Shown here one piece after another: positions 26,323 through 37,554 of a stretch of DNA of 64,000 nucleotides (its first letter is position 1; each line of letters begins with the position of its first letter). Where the stretch lies: NCBI GenBank assembly GCA_965203095.1, contig OZ241877.1, positions 1,623,642 through 1,687,641 on the forward strand, in the 5' to 3' direction. The translations under genes and the position numbers were made by a program. The notes under the pieces are model-generated. The model did no database searches and was not told the origin of the DNA. It was given only the letters and a program-made list of their open reading frames with translations. The DNA is from Bdellovibrionales bacterium. GTDB lineage: Bacteria; Bdellovibrionota; Bdellovibrionia; Bdellovibrionales; UBA1609.

Positions 26323-27594
26323 TTATTCAAGGCTTATTCCTTTTTGGGACAGAGAATTGCTAAAAATCCTCTGGCAATTTTTCGGATTGCTCTCAGCAAG
26401 CTGAAATAGAGATTTTTTTACTAACTGAAACACAAACTCTTTAATAGTTTCTCTGTTTTTTAAAGAGCTTTTTTTTATGGAGTAAAACTTAAAAATTTTA
26501 GCAACAGTTTTATCTGACAATTGGGCAAAAAGCTTGGGTTCAAAACAAAATAGCCATTTTATAAGCCAGCTTTTATTTTTTTCTATCAGCTCCTTATGGC
26601 CTAAAGGTGATAAATTGCCATAAAGCCATAAATCTTTTGGCCGGAACAACTTTTTAAAAGCAAAAAGGTAAGCATATTTATATAAATCTTCTAAATGAAC
26701 TACAATGCTATATGGATTCTTTTTTATGTGAAATCCGCGATTTCTTATCAAAGAGTTTATATCCCTAAAGGCATGATAATAAACTCCAATGTTAGAACTT
26801 TGAATGTCTGTTTTCCGGGGTGGATATTTTCTAATAAAAGGATCCAGGCTGGCGTAATTTTTCAATTTAAAAATCCCATTATCGTTAAGAATGGAAAACT
26901 TAAAACTTTTTATATATTCATCTGTCATGCCTTTAGAGTTTTTTTCATACAGAGCTATGGTTATGGGAAAATGAGTTGAACTCACATTTTGAAACAATGC
27001 ACTGGAAAATAACAAGCCTTTTTTTAATCTATAATTTTCAGAAAAAGGTTTGAGCCTTTTAAAATTAGCCGGTTTGATTAAATAAGATAAAGGATGAAGA
27101 ACACAAACTACATCAGAGCATAATTTGTTGTAAGATTTTAAAAAAGATATGCCTAAGTCTCTATCAAATAGATCCTTGTCGCAAATATTTTCTCCCTTTT
27201 TTCCTTTTCTATAAGCTGAAGTCACATCATTATAAGGAGGATTGCCAATTTGTATTAGAAAATCAGATGGTGAAATGCCATATTTTTCCCGGCTCACATT
27301 CAATATCGAGTTTTCAATAAACAGATTTTTCTCAGGCAATTTGTTTTTTAAAAAAGCTCCGGCAACAGGATCAAATTCCACAGCTTTATAAATAGCTTTC
27401 TCTTCCCATCTTATGAAAGCCCCTCCGCCAGCAGAACTATCAAAAATAACAGCTTTCGGATGATCTTTATAAGGTAAAATCAGTTTATGAACTTCATCCA
27501 CAATTTTTTTTGGGGTATAAAAACTTCCTTGTTTGACTCGCTCAGAGTGCAATAAATGACTGGATTCAAACTCGTTAAGCTGTGTCAAACTCAT
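26323..27594 (-). CDS. gamma-class N6-adenine DNA methyltransferase (Eco57I-family-like)
   Basis: GSFYTPKKIVDEV (motif X), VIFDSSAGGGAF (motif I), IGNPPYND (motif IV). The ATG overlaps the upstream stop (ATGA 27594-27591). Confidence 0.85.
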   Translation of the reverse strand: MSLTQLNEFESSHLLHSERVKQGSFYTPKKIVDEVHKLILPYKDHPKAVIFDSSAGGGAFIRWEEKAIYKAVEFDPVAGAFLKNKLPEKNLFIENSILNVSREKYGISPSDFLIQIGNPPYNDVTSAYRKGKKGENICDKDLFDRDLGISFLKSYNKLCSDVVCVLHPLSYLIKPANFKRLKPFSENYRLKKGLLFSSALFQNVSSTHFPITIALYEKNSKGMTDEYIKSFKFSILNDNGIFKLKNYASLDPFIRKYPPRKTDIQSSNIGVYYHAFRDINSLIRNRGFHIKKNPYSIVVHLEDLYKYAYLFAFKKLFRPKDLWLYGNLSPLGHKELIEKNKSWLIKWLFCFEPKLFAQLSDKTVAKIFKFYSIKKSSLKNRETIKEFVFQLVKKSLFQLAESNPKNCQRIFSNSLSQKGISLE

Positions 27595-28343
27595 AGTTTT
27601 AATCCTCGTTTTAAAGCTTTAAGAATCTCTATAATATCATGTTGATGACCTTTAGATGCCATTGCAAGGGTTTTAAATAAATTCAAAATATTTTCAAAAT
27701 TTCCTGTATTTATACAGTATTTAAAATGGATGGGCTTTTCTTTTGAAGTCCAGCCCAAAGCCTCCTTTCCATTAGAAAAACACACTATAGGGATGCAAAA
27801 ATAAATCATAGGCTGAAATCCTGAAGCGTATTGCTGTTTTTGAACTATAATCTCTATATAAGTTTTGTCCTCATTCTCAAAGTAGTATCCTGCCAACTCT
27901 GTAATAGTGGAATCAAAAATCAATTTATTAAAAACCACTTTGTCTTGTGGTTGGACTTTTGGAGTTCTACTCAAAAACTCATTATAGCCTTCTATCTCAC
28001 TTTTTAGAGAATCTAAAACACCAGCTTTTAAAATATTCTCTTTAATAAGCAAATATAAAAACTCCGATAGCTCATAAGGATATTTTTCCTTTCCATTAGC
28101 CCCTTGAAATTTAAAAATGCTATGGCCCAAGCTTGTTGCTTTCTTGCGATTTTCTATATCTCTCATATAAACATCATAGCCTATTTGCCACTCTAAGTAA
28201 ATTTTTTCATCAAATTTTTTAGTTCCTGAAGCAAAGGAATTGCCAAATTGTTTTTTATGACTCCTTTTTTTAAATCTAAATTTCCCTTGGTTTTTATTAG
28301 GAACTGAGATAAGCAATTGTTTGTTTATAATGTGAAAAGTCAT
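27591..28343 (-). CDS. 250-aa hypothetical protein, candidate restriction endonuclease partner of the methyltransferase
   Basis: Internal ATG 28343 overlaps the actE stop (ATGA 28343-28340); the track start 28394 would overlap actE by 55 nt. No recognisable motif. The assignment rests only on position next to the MTase. Confidence 0.4.
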   Translation of the reverse strand: MTFHIINKQLLISVPNKNQGKFRFKKRSHKKQFGNSFASGTKKFDEKIYLEWQIGYDVYMRDIENRKKATSLGHSIFKFQGANGKEKYPYELSEFLYLLIKENILKAGVLDSLKSEIEGYNEFLSRTPKVQPQDKVVFNKLIFDSTITELAGYYFENEDKTYIEIIVQKQQYASGFQPMIYFCIPIVCFSNGKEALGWTSKEKPIHFKYCINTGNFENILNLFKTLAMASKGHQHDIIEILKALKRGLKL

Positions 28344-28948
28344 TGTTCTTTTTTGGATTTTTGTAAATAGCGAACATAGTGGACTACGGCCCATATTCTG
28401 TTAGAACCTCTGTATTCGTCTTCTTTTGTGTTTTGGTTGGAGAGGGCTTGCTCTGTTGTGTCTAACTGGATGCGGTAAGCTCCCATAAGCCCCTGCCCTT
28501 CATAAATAATATGGTAGAGCCGGCCATCGCTATAGGCTTGGGCTTTATCTGTTAAAAGGGAGGCGGGGGGAATGGCCATTTTTGGAGCTACAGTGGCTCC
28601 CTCTCCGGCATCCCCTTTGGAACCATGGCAATAAATGCAATATCTTTCATAATGTTTTTGGCCCTGGAGCAAAACTTCTTTTGAGCTTTTTAAAGGATTT
28701 TTTAGTTTTGTGCCTGCACTTACTGGATCTTTTGTATAGGGATAATAGATGCGATTTCGGGCACGAGTTCCCTCTGGAGGAACTTTCATTAAAATTTTTC
28801 CATCAGGAGATCCTTCCTGAGCTTTTATACTGTTTTGTTGGGCCATGTCTCTGGTCCATTGGGAATCGGTCCGGTTTTTCCCCCCAGAGCAAGCTCCTAA
28901 ATAAAAAACAAAAACAAAAAGCAGTGGGCAGTAAAATATTTTTTCCAT
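28340..28948 (-). CDS. actE: ACIII monohaem cytochrome c lipoprotein ActE
   Basis: Lipobox FYLGAC, single CIYCHG haem site, position after actD. Confidence 0.75.
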   Translation of the reverse strand: MEKIFYCPLLFVFVFYLGACSGGKNRTDSQWTRDMAQQNSIKAQEGSPDGKILMKVPPEGTRARNRIYYPYTKDPVSAGTKLKNPLKSSKEVLLQGQKHYERYCIYCHGSKGDAGEGATVAPKMAIPPASLLTDKAQAYSDGRLYHIIYEGQGLMGAYRIQLDTTEQALSNQNTKEDEYRGSNRIWAVVHYVRYLQKSKKEQ

Positions 28949-28949
28949 A

Positions 28950-29480
28950 TTAAAACTCTGTCTCTTTGATTTCTGGAGCACCAACTCCTTTAAATATTTC
29001 CTGAGCTTTGCTCTTAGGGCAATCCACTTCGGCTACAAACAAAGCAAATTTATGGCAAGTCAAATCTTTATCTATCACGGGTGGCTCAATATGAGGTAGG
29101 CCACAAAGCCAAAACAATGCAAAAATGGAACTAAAGGCAGAAAACAAAATCGTCAATTCAAAAATAATGGGGACAAAGGCAGGAAGAGACCAAAAAGGTT
29201 TTCCCCCAACAATAATGGGCCAATTTACAGCAGAGGTCCACCAAGTAAACCACAGTCCAAAAAGAAGGCCCACTGTTCCGAAGGCCAAAGTCACCCAAGG
29301 AATATGGGACCTGGGGGTTTTTGTAGCTTCCTCCAAACCATGAACAGGGTAAGGGCTGATGCTTAAGGGACGGATTTCTCCCTTCTCATAAATGGCCTGC
29401 ACTGCTTTTAAAAAATCTTGCTCATCCGTCCATAAACCAGCAACCCCAGGCTTTGCTTTATAGCGAGAAAGCTTTTTCAT
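28950..29480 (-). CDS. actD: ACIII subunit ActD
   Basis: Start at internal ATG 29480 (MKKLSRYKAKPGVAGLWTDEQDFLKAV...). Two C-terminal TM helices. Position between actC and actE. Confidence 0.7.
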   Translation of the reverse strand: MKKLSRYKAKPGVAGLWTDEQDFLKAVQAIYEKGEIRPLSISPYPVHGLEEATKTPRSHIPWVTLAFGTVGLLFGLWFTWWTSAVNWPIIVGGKPFWSLPAFVPIIFELTILFSAFSSIFALFWLCGLPHIEPPVIDKDLTCHKFALFVAEVDCPKSKAQEIFKGVGAPEIKETEF

Positions 29481-29592
29481 TTCAAAAGAAGATATTTTAT
29501 TCCATAATTTTTTTATCAACTTGGCCTCCCTCTTTCCTAACTGAAAATCATTATGACGAAAAAACAAACCCGAAAAAAAGTTTTGAATAAAA

Positions 29593-30945
29593 TCAATGAG
29601 CCTCCTTTCGCCCTACATTAAGGACAGGTTTTACTTCAGAAATAGATATGGCTGGGAAAAAACGAATGTAAAGCAAAAACAAAGTCAAAAACATACCAAA
29701 ACTACCTACTAAAGCCCCAAAGTCATAAAAAGTCATTTTAAATAGACCCCAGTTGGCCGGTAAAAAATCCCTGTGTAAGGAGGTGACAATAATCACATAC
29801 CTTTCAAACCACATGCCTATATTTACTAAAATAGAAATTACAAACATAGCCTTAATGTTTCTCCTAAACCAACGAAACCAAAACAGCTGAGGAATAATCA
29901 CATTGCAAGAGATCATAATCCAATAAGACCACCAGTAAGGGCCGAAGGCTCGGTTTAAAAAAGCATATTGCTCCATAGAGGAACCAGAATACCAGGCCAT
30001 AAAAAATTCACAAGCATAAGCATAACCTACCATCATGCCCGTAAGCATGATGATTTTGTTCATGTTTTCCATGTGGTGAATGGTAATATAATCCCTAAAT
30101 TCAGGAACAAAGGCCCGGACCAAACACATAAGAGTCACTACCATTGCAAAGCCGGAAAAAATAGCTCCTGCTACAAAATAAGGGGGAAAGATAGTGGCAT
30201 GCCAACCCGGCAAACCCGCCACAGCAAAGTCAAAAGACACAATGCTATGGACAGACAAAACCAAAGGGGTAGAAAGTGCCGCCAGCAAAAGGTAAGTCAT
30301 TTCATAATGACTCCAGTTCCGGCCCGTTCCCCTCCAGCCTAAGGACAAAGTCCCGTAAAAAAATCTCCTCACTCGGCTTTTGGCTCGATCCCTAAGGCTT
30401 GCCAGATCCGGAACCATACCAATATACCAAAACATCATGGAGACCAAAGCATAAGTGGATATAGCAAAAACATCCCAAGTCAAAGGGGAGCGAAAGTTGA
30501 TCCAAAGAGGACCCCTTTGGTTAGGGTAGGGGAAGAACCAAAAAAAGAGCCATGGCCGGCCCAAGTGAATTACAGGGAATAGGCCAGCAGTTAAGACAGC
30601 AAAAACAGTCATAGCCTCTGCCGTTCGGGCAATAGAGGTCCTCCACTTTTGACGAAACAAAAACAAAATGGCGGAAATTAAAGTTCCCGCATGGCCAATG
30701 CCAATCCAAAAAACAAAGGTGATAATATCGGTCCCCCAGGCCACAGGGTGATTGACCCCCATAAGCCCCATACCCGTCATCACAATAGCTGTTAAAATGG
30801 CAATGTAAAAAAGGAACAGACTTTTTGCTGAGAGCAGAGCACCAAAATATTTCTTCCCTGGTTTTTTTTCCACCAGGCCGGCCACATCTTCCGTCACCTG
30901 CTTTAAACTTTTTTTGTTAGAAACTAAAGGTTCTCTTTTCATCAT
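29593..30945 (-). CDS. actC: ACIII NrfD/PsrC-like quinol-interacting membrane subunit ActC
   Basis: 450-aa polytopic protein with NrfD-type pattern ([27 protein letters not shown]...). Confidence 0.85.
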   Translation of the reverse strand: MMKREPLVSNKKSLKQVTEDVAGLVEKKPGKKYFGALLSAKSLFLFYIAILTAIVMTGMGLMGVNHPVAWGTDIITFVFWIGIGHAGTLISAILFLFRQKWRTSIARTAEAMTVFAVLTAGLFPVIHLGRPWLFFWFFPYPNQRGPLWINFRSPLTWDVFAISTYALVSMMFWYIGMVPDLASLRDRAKSRVRRFFYGTLSLGWRGTGRNWSHYEMTYLLLAALSTPLVLSVHSIVSFDFAVAGLPGWHATIFPPYFVAGAIFSGFAMVVTLMCLVRAFVPEFRDYITIHHMENMNKIIMLTGMMVGYAYACEFFMAWYSGSSMEQYAFLNRAFGPYWWSYWIMISCNVIIPQLFWFRWFRRNIKAMFVISILVNIGMWFERYVIIVTSLHRDFLPANWGLFKMTFYDFGALVGSFGMFLTLFLLYIRFFPAISISEVKPVLNVGRKEAH

Positions 30946-30982
30946 TTTTTTAATCTCTCTCTTAATGCAGTAAAAATTTTTT

Positions 30983-33976
30983 TTAATGATGTCCTTTTTT
31001 TAAAATGCTTTTGCTGTTTCTGATCTTAGTTTTGTATTTGACCGCCGGTTTGGTATTCAAAGTGGCGTCTAAAAGAGCATAACTGTTTTTAGCATGAAAA
31101 GCTTTGCTCACTTTAGACTTTGGATCATTTAGATCCCCAAAAACAATAGCTGAGGCCGGACAAGACTGTTGGCAGGCGGTTTGAATGTCACCGTCTTTTA
31201 ACTTCCTGTTCTCTTTTTTAGCTTGAGCCTTGCCCTCCTGAATCCTTTGGATACAAAAACTGCACTTTTCCATAACCCCTCTATGACGAACAGTCACATC
31301 GGGGTTTAAAGCCAAATTTAAAGGTTCTTCTTTTTTTGTGTAATCAAACCAGTTGAAGCGTCGCACTTTATAAGGGCAGTTGTTTGAGCAATAGCGAGTG
31401 CCCACACAGCGGTTATAAACCATATCATTTGTGCCCTCATCACTGTGAACCGTGGCCAACACAGGGCAAACCGTTTCACAAGGGGCATTATCACAATGCA
31501 TACAAACTACTGGCTGATGGACTGTGGAAGGGGCAGAAGGAGATCCTTTGTAATAGCGATCCACCCTTATCCAATGCATTTCCCGCCCTTGGAGGACATA
31601 CTTTTTCCCCACCGTGGGAATATTGTTTTCCGATTGGCAGGCTATCATACAGGTCCCACAACCATTGCAACTGTTGAGGTCTATCACCATTCCCCATTTA
31701 TGCCCTTTGTATTTGTGTTTGGACCAAAGGCTCATAGCTTTGTGATGGTGAGGGATGCCAGAAGAAGGGTCTTTTTTAAATTCACTGAGACGGCTTTCTA
31801 AAACAATATCTCTTCCCTCCATAGAGTGATGCCCCTGGACATTGGCCAAAGGGATAACTTTGTTTGTTTTTTTGATTTGCACCGGTTGACCAGAAAAAAC
31901 AAATAACTTTTCTACCTGAGCCAAAGGGTAGGCATTAACACCTCGATCATCGCCAATCGATCCGGCTTTTGTCCGGCCATAACCTATGGCCAAGGAAAGA
32001 GAGCTATCTTCTTGCCCCGGCTGAATATGCACAGGGGCGGTGAGAGAAGCCTTACTTGTTAAAAGCTCCACAACAAGCCCCTCTTTTAAGTTTTCCTTAA
32101 GAGCTGTGGCTGGAGAGACACAGAGGTAATTGTCCCAACAAATTTTTGTGACGGGGTCGGGAAATTCCATAAGCCAAGCCACATTAGCAAGTTCACCTTG
32201 CTTTAATGCAGAGCTTTCATAAAGGCTGAGAAAATATTTTCCCTCCGCCGGGGCATAAGGCTTTATATATTTTAAAGTTTTTGTTGGGAAGGGGCGGGTA
32301 GGGGAGTGAGCGATTTTCTGAGATCCAACAATCCCTGTTTTTAAAAACTTTTGCCAAAAGCCGGGAGATCTTCTTTTTTGCCAATAATTTTTAATGTATT
32401 CATAAAAGTTTTTTTCCGGAATAGCTAAGCCAGAGGCTTTAAGCCATGTGATTAAGCTATCTTCAAAAGATCTAATATTGTAAAGGGGGCGAATAGCAGG
32501 TTGTTGAATTGTAAAGATCCCTTTTTTAAATTCCCAATCAGACCATTTTTCTAAAGGATGAGAATCGGGCACAAGATAATCGGCATAAAAACCGGTTTCA
32601 TCTATGCGATCTCCAGTGTAAATCACAGTTTGAGCTTTCTTTATGGCTGAAAGAAACTGAGGACTATTGGCGTAAGAGTAAACAGGGTTTACTCCATGGA
32701 TAATCAATGTGTCCACCCGCCCTTGGTTTAAATTAGAAATTAACCTATTCATTTCAGAATAAGATCCCCATTTATAAGGGTAGGATTGCTTGTAATTTAC
32801 GGTTTTCCCGTCATTACCTAAGGCTGAATTTAAAAAATTGGTTAGAATATGAGCTGAAAGGGAATCCTTAGTTTGAGTTTTTAAGCCTCCAAAAAGAATA
32901 AGCCCCTGGCCCTTGTTTTTTATCAGCTGAGAGGCCCACTCCTCCCACTTAGAGGGAGGAATTTTAAGCCTTGCCATAGCTGGCTCATAGTTTTTAAATA
33001 AAATTTTTAATTCTTCTAAGGCGGGAAAGGCCCCTTTTTTTATTAAAGCCTTGGTTAAGGCCAAAAGGGCAGGGGTATGCTCAGTCACTTTGAGGCGATG
33101 CCTTTCATCCGCATTGGAGCCAGTGAGGGACATTAATGATTCTAAAACCACCAGCCGGCTCATATCTCCTTCCGGCAAGCGACTTTTGGCAAACTGTTTT
33201 TGAAACTCTGTAGGAGAGAGATAAGTTCCGAGAAAATCGCAGTCAATAGAGAGGATGAATCGAGCTTGAGATATATTGTAAGAGGGGATGAGGCTTTTCC
33301 CGTAAGAGAGTTTTTGTGCCTGGCCTAAGTCTTCTAAACTGATAGGGGACCAAACATAATGTTCTGCTTTAAAAACCGATCGAAATTTTTTTATCAATCT
33401 TTGAGTGGAAGGGGAGGGGATGCGATCTGTTAGCAAGGCCGTTCGGCCCTTTTTAAAAGTTTGTGATAGATTTTTGTCCAACTCCTCAAAAGAGATATTA
33501 ATAGTCTCTTTATTGGTTTTTTTGTCGTTAAAAAGATTTTGCTTAGGGCCTTTAACTCTCTCCGGATCATAAAGGCTTAAAATATAGGCACTGGCCCTTG
33601 GGGAGAGGCCGGAACTGTTGAGAGCTTTGGCCTCTTCATTGCCTTCAATTTTGATGGGCCGGCCTTCTCTGGTTTTAATTAAGGTAGAAAAACCCTCCCC
33701 CCCGTCATAATAGGAAGAGGCGTAGTAATTGGCTGAACCAGGGATAATGTCCACTGGGCGGTTAATGTAAGGGACTAATTTTTCCGCTGGTCTCCTCATA
33801 CAGCTCGCACTGCTTAGGGCCAGCCCCGCCCCCATAAGTTGTAAAAACTCCCGGCGATTAGTCCCCACCTCCTCTTTAGAGGGCAGTGGGGAGAGAAATT
33901 CTTTTTGAGCCTTCTCCTTAAAAGAGGCTTGGTTTTGATAATCTTGTAGACTCAACCAATATTTTTCTTTACTCAT
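30983..33976 (-). CDS. actB: ACIII ActB (molybdopterin-oxidoreductase-like domain fused to 4Fe-4S ferredoxin domain)
   Basis: Tat signal [19 protein letters not shown]. Large MopB-like N-terminal part. C-terminal Cys clusters [41 protein letters not shown]. Confidence 0.9.
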   Translation of the reverse strand: MSKEKYWLSLQDYQNQASFKEKAQKEFLSPLPSKEEVGTNRREFLQLMGAGLALSSASCMRRPAEKLVPYINRPVDIIPGSANYYASSYYDGGEGFSTLIKTREGRPIKIEGNEEAKALNSSGLSPRASAYILSLYDPERVKGPKQNLFNDKKTNKETINISFEELDKNLSQTFKKGRTALLTDRIPSPSTQRLIKKFRSVFKAEHYVWSPISLEDLGQAQKLSYGKSLIPSYNISQARFILSIDCDFLGTYLSPTEFQKQFAKSRLPEGDMSRLVVLESLMSLTGSNADERHRLKVTEHTPALLALTKALIKKGAFPALEELKILFKNYEPAMARLKIPPSKWEEWASQLIKNKGQGLILFGGLKTQTKDSLSAHILTNFLNSALGNDGKTVNYKQSYPYKWGSYSEMNRLISNLNQGRVDTLIIHGVNPVYSYANSPQFLSAIKKAQTVIYTGDRIDETGFYADYLVPDSHPLEKWSDWEFKKGIFTIQQPAIRPLYNIRSFEDSLITWLKASGLAIPEKNFYEYIKNYWQKRRSPGFWQKFLKTGIVGSQKIAHSPTRPFPTKTLKYIKPYAPAEGKYFLSLYESSALKQGELANVAWLMEFPDPVTKICWDNYLCVSPATALKENLKEGLVVELLTSKASLTAPVHIQPGQEDSSLSLAIGYGRTKAGSIGDDRGVNAYPLAQVEKLFVFSGQPVQIKKTNKVIPLANVQGHHSMEGRDIVLESRLSEFKKDPSSGIPHHHKAMSLWSKHKYKGHKWGMVIDLNSCNGCGTCMIACQSENNIPTVGKKYVLQGREMHWIRVDRYYKGSPSAPSTVHQPVVCMHCDNAPCETVCPVLATVHSDEGTNDMVYNRCVGTRYCSNNCPYKVRRFNWFDYTKKEEPLNLALNPDVTVRHRGVMEKCSFCIQRIQEGKAQAKKENRKLKDGDIQTACQQSCPASAIVFGDLNDPKSKVSKAFHAKNSYALLDATLNTKPAVKYKTKIRNSKSILKKGHH

Positions 33977-34057
33977 TGTTCCTCCTCCAGTTTTTTAACT
34001 GGCTTTTTTTTAAAAAAACTTTAGCCATGTTTTCTATCCTTATTAAAATTAAAAAAC

Positions 34058-34651
34058 TCAATAATGGCAAGTGGAGCAGTTTATAGGGGCTTGCTCATGC
34101 CCCTGCTCTTTTAATTCTTTCAAAATTTTTCCCTCTTTTGGTGATTGGCGATGGCAGTTAACACACCAACCCATAGAAAGACTGCCATGTTGGAACAGGA
34201 CTTCCATCTCTTCCACAGGGCCATGGCAGACCCGGCAATCCTTTCCGGCTTGGATATGGTGGAAATGGGAGAATTTAACAAAATCAGGTAAGAGGTGGAC
34301 TTTTTCCCAAGCAATGGGCTGGCCCTCATTATAAGCTGAAGTGATTTTTTTTATCCATGGGCTGTTTGTTTTTACAGTCCGATGGCAATTCATGCAGATA
34401 TTTAAGCTGGGAAGGGTGGAGGGACGGCCCGATTCCACCCCTGTATGGCAGTAGAGGCAGTCGATTTGATATTCCCCCGCATGCAGTTTGTGGGAAAAGG
34501 GGATAGCTTGTTCTGGCTGATAGCCTTTATTATAAAGCAGGCTGATTTTGTTGTTGGTGAGCAAATAAAAAAACAAGGATAGCACAAGGAAAAAAAGACT
34601 GAGCAGAATCGCCCCCATAAGTTTTTTCTTCAAAATTTTTTTTAACTTCAA
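34058..34651 (-). CDS. actA: ACIII pentahaem cytochrome c ActA
   Basis: N-terminal TM anchor and five CxxCH sites (CLYCH, CMNCH, CRVCH, CVNCH, CSTCH). Confidence 0.85.
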   Translation of the reverse strand: MKLKKILKKKLMGAILLSLFFLVLSLFFYLLTNNKISLLYNKGYQPEQAIPFSHKLHAGEYQIDCLYCHTGVESGRPSTLPSLNICMNCHRTVKTNSPWIKKITSAYNEGQPIAWEKVHLLPDFVKFSHFHHIQAGKDCRVCHGPVEEMEVLFQHGSLSMGWCVNCHRQSPKEGKILKELKEQGHEQAPINCSTCHY

Positions 34652-34760
34652 GATGTATCCCTTTTTGGCTTAAGAAAGCCTTATTTTTCTTAACTGTCCT
34701 GTTGGAGTCAAGATATTTTTTGTAGTGGCATTTGAGTAAATTCTCTGATAATTTATTAAA

Positions 34761-34897
34761 GAGTCGTCCGTGAAAAAGGCTATATTTGATAGATCGCATA
34801 AGCAAAAGTCCAGCTTGTTCGCGGGAAAAATACCTTGGACCCTCACTGCTGACTTTTGCTTGTGCGATAAAAGACAGAGGTTTTTCACGGGGGACTA
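34761..34897. repeat. MITE-like hairpin repeat, copy E3
   Basis: GAGTCGTCCGTGAAAAAG ... GTTTTTCACGGGGGACTA. Internal ATCGCATAAGCAAAAGTC / GACTTTTGCTTGTGCGAT. Apical AAATACCTTGGACCCTCAC. Confidence 0.75.
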
Positions 34898-34922
34898 AAA
34901 AGCTTGTGATGGGAGGCGAGGT

Positions 34923-37532
34923 ATGGGCAAATACAATCATTCGGAAGTAGAGCTTAAGCTTCAAAAATATTGGGAGCAAGAGAGGGTTTACGCCTATACT
35001 GCCTCTTCTAAAAAGGAAACTTTTGTAATAGATAGCCCCCCTCCCACTGTCTCTGGGGCCTTGCATATTGGCCATGTTTTTAGCTATACACAAACGGACA
35101 TTTTGGCCCGATTCCATCGGCAAAGGGGTAAAAATGTTTTTTATCCGATGGGTTGGGACGACAATGGCCTCCCCACAGAGAAGAGAACACAAGATCTTTA
35201 CGGAGTGTATTGCGATCCGGCTCTTCCGGTTGACAAAGCCTCCTTCCCGTTAAAAAAACTCAGTAAAAAAACCTCTTCCCCCCGGCCTTTGTCCCGGAAA
35301 AACTTTTTGGAGCTTTGCCAACAACAGGTTTTAGAGGATGAAATCAAATACAAAAAGCTTTGGAACCACCTGGCCCTTTCCGTAGATTGGAAGGAGAGCT
35401 ATCAAACCATAAACCCTTATTCTCAAAGTTTGGCCCAGCTCTCTTTTTTAGATCTGTTGGAAAAGTCATTAGCCGAAAGCCGTTTATCCCCTGTGCTTTG
35501 GGATTGCCAGTTTCAAACCGCTGTGGCCCAGGCGGACATAGAGGATAGGCCCAAAAAAGGTTTTTATTATGACATTGCTTTTTCTGTTGGGGGAGAGGGG
35601 GGGGAGTTTGTTATTTCCACAACCCGCCCGGAACTTTTGCCCGCCTGTGTGGCTGTGGTGGCTCATCCTGAGGACCACCGTTATAAAAAACTTTTTGGAA
35701 GGCTGGCGGTCACACCTTTATTTTCAAGGGAAGTGCCTATTTTGCCTTCCCCTCATGCCGATCCCAAAAAAGGCACTGGTATTTTAATGATCTGCACTTT
35801 TGGAGATATGGAGGATGTAAGTTTTTCCCGGAAACAAAAACTCCCTATTTTGCAAATTATCGATGACAAAGGTTTTTTCATAAATATTCCTTGGGGCCAA
35901 AAGCCTTTTTTCAGCCTCAAAAAAGAGGAGGCTAAGATTAATTATTCTCTTTTAAAAAATCTCCGGATTTTGCCGGGCCGGAAAAAAATTGTGGAGCTTT
36001 TAAAAGGAAAAGGCTATTTGAGAACTGAACCAAGGGAATGCCAGCAAAATGTAAAGTTTTACGAAAAAGGGGACTTTCCCCTGGAAATACTGCCCAAAAG
36101 GCAATGGTATATCAAAATTTTGGATCATAAAGAGGCTCTTTTAAAACAAGGGGCAAAAATCAGTTGGCATCCTCCCTCTATGAGAAAAAGATATGAGCAA
36201 TGGGTTGAAGGTTTAAATCAGGATTGGTGCATCTCCCGGCAGAGGGCTTATGGCGTTCCTTTTCCGGTTTGGTATAAGGCAGATGAGGAGGGGGGGCCGG
36301 ACTATAGCCAAGTTCTCACTCCAAAAATAGAGAGCTTTAAAACCCCTCTTCCACCAATAATAAAAAAAACTTTGCCAGTGGATCCTTTACAAAAAACTCC
36401 TCCGGGTTTTAAGGAGAGTGAAAGGGATGGCCCTGGTGGTTTTATTGCGGATAAGGATGTGATGGACACTTGGGCCACCTCCTCCCTCACCCCTTACATA
36501 AATAGTGGCTGGCTTTGGGATAAAAAGAGGCAGGAAAAGCTTTTCCCGGCCGATCTCCGCCCTCAAGCTCATGAGATCATAAGGACATGGGCATTTTACA
36601 CTATTGCTAAAGCTTATTTTCATGAAAAACAGATCCCTTGGAAAAACATTGCCATTAGTGGTTGGGTAGTGACTCCTCAACGGGCCAAGATGAGCAAATC
36701 TAAGGGCAATGCTTTAGAACCTGAGAATTTGATAAAAGTTTATTCTGCCGACGCCCTTCGTTATTGGGCGGGGAAGGCCCGTTTGGGCCAAGACACCGCT
36801 TACGATGAAGAGCTTTTTAAGGTAGGAAAACGACTCAGCACAAAAATTTTTAATGCCGGCCAATTTGTTTTTTTGCACACTAAGGATTTCCCTTGGATCG
36901 ATAGTGAGTCTTGTTGGAGTTCCATTTCATCCCCTATTGACAGGGCTTGGGTCAAAAAACTGCTGAACATAAAAAATCAAGCCACTCAAAATTTAGAGTG
37001 CTATAACTACGCCAGAGCTTTGGAAATAATTGAAGCGGGCTTTTGGTCTTTTTGCGACAATTATTTGGAACTGATCAAATCCCGAGTCTATCAATTAAAA
37101 GATCGGGTGGAGGGAATTTCCGGAAAAAAATCCTTAGATTATAGCCTTCATATTTTTTTAAAGCTTTTTGCACCTTATTTGCCTTATGTGACGGAACAGC
37201 TTTGGCAAAACCGATACCAAAGGGAAAGCTCAAGTGTTCACAATTCCCTTTGGGGGGATAGTCAGCTGTGTTCGGTTATTCAACAAAAGGAATCTATGTT
37301 AGAGAGGGCTTTTGCTATTTTAGAGCAAGCCCGAAGTGGGAAATCCCTACTCAAAAAAAGTTTGGCCAGCCCACTCAAGAGTTTAAAAGTGACCGCTCAG
37401 CCTGATCATTTAAAAGAGTTGGATCTTTATAAAGAGGATATAGCTAAAGCGACTCATGTTGCAGTTAAAAAAATATGGACGGAGGAAGATTCTTCTCTAA
37501 CTGATCCTATAGTTCAAATACATATTGATTGA
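34923..37532 (+). CDS. valS: valine--tRNA ligase
   Basis: SPPPTVSGALHIGHVFSY (HIGH), AKMSKSKGN (KMSKS), PMGWDDNGLPTE. 869 aa, resembling the shorter ValRS type. Confidence 0.95.
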   Translation: MGKYNHSEVELKLQKYWEQERVYAYTASSKKETFVIDSPPPTVSGALHIGHVFSYTQTDILARFHRQRGKNVFYPMGWDDNGLPTEKRTQDLYGVYCDPALPVDKASFPLKKLSKKTSSPRPLSRKNFLELCQQQVLEDEIKYKKLWNHLALSVDWKESYQTINPYSQSLAQLSFLDLLEKSLAESRLSPVLWDCQFQTAVAQADIEDRPKKGFYYDIAFSVGGEGGEFVISTTRPELLPACVAVVAHPEDHRYKKLFGRLAVTPLFSREVPILPSPHADPKKGTGILMICTFGDMEDVSFSRKQKLPILQIIDDKGFFINIPWGQKPFFSLKKEEAKINYSLLKNLRILPGRKKIVELLKGKGYLRTEPRECQQNVKFYEKGDFPLEILPKRQWYIKILDHKEALLKQGAKISWHPPSMRKRYEQWVEGLNQDWCISRQRAYGVPFPVWYKADEEGGPDYSQVLTPKIESFKTPLPPIIKKTLPVDPLQKTPPGFKESERDGPGGFIADKDVMDTWATSSLTPYINSGWLWDKKRQEKLFPADLRPQAHEIIRTWAFYTIAKAYFHEKQIPWKNIAISGWVVTPQRAKMSKSKGNALEPENLIKVYSADALRYWAGKARLGQDTAYDEELFKVGKRLSTKIFNAGQFVFLHTKDFPWIDSESCWSSISSPIDRAWVKKLLNIKNQATQNLECYNYARALEIIEAGFWSFCDNYLELIKSRVYQLKDRVEGISGKKSLDYSLHIFLKLFAPYLPYVTEQLWQNRYQRESSSVHNSLWGDSQLCSVIQQKESMLERAFAILEQARSGKSLLKKSLASPLKSLKVTAQPDHLKELDLYKEDIAKATHVAVKKIWTEEDSSLTDPIVQIHID

Positions 37533-37554
37533 ATTTTGAGTTTGTTTAAAAGCC

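Noticed and set aside
31384-31801. Plus-strand ORFs within actB
   Set aside because: They are antisense to the Cys-cluster region of a conserved gene.
34530-35192. 220-aa minus-strand ORF spanning the actA start, the MITE and the valS start
   Set aside because: It reads through a repeat element and is antisense to valS. It has no motifs. The same judgement applies to 34670..34888.
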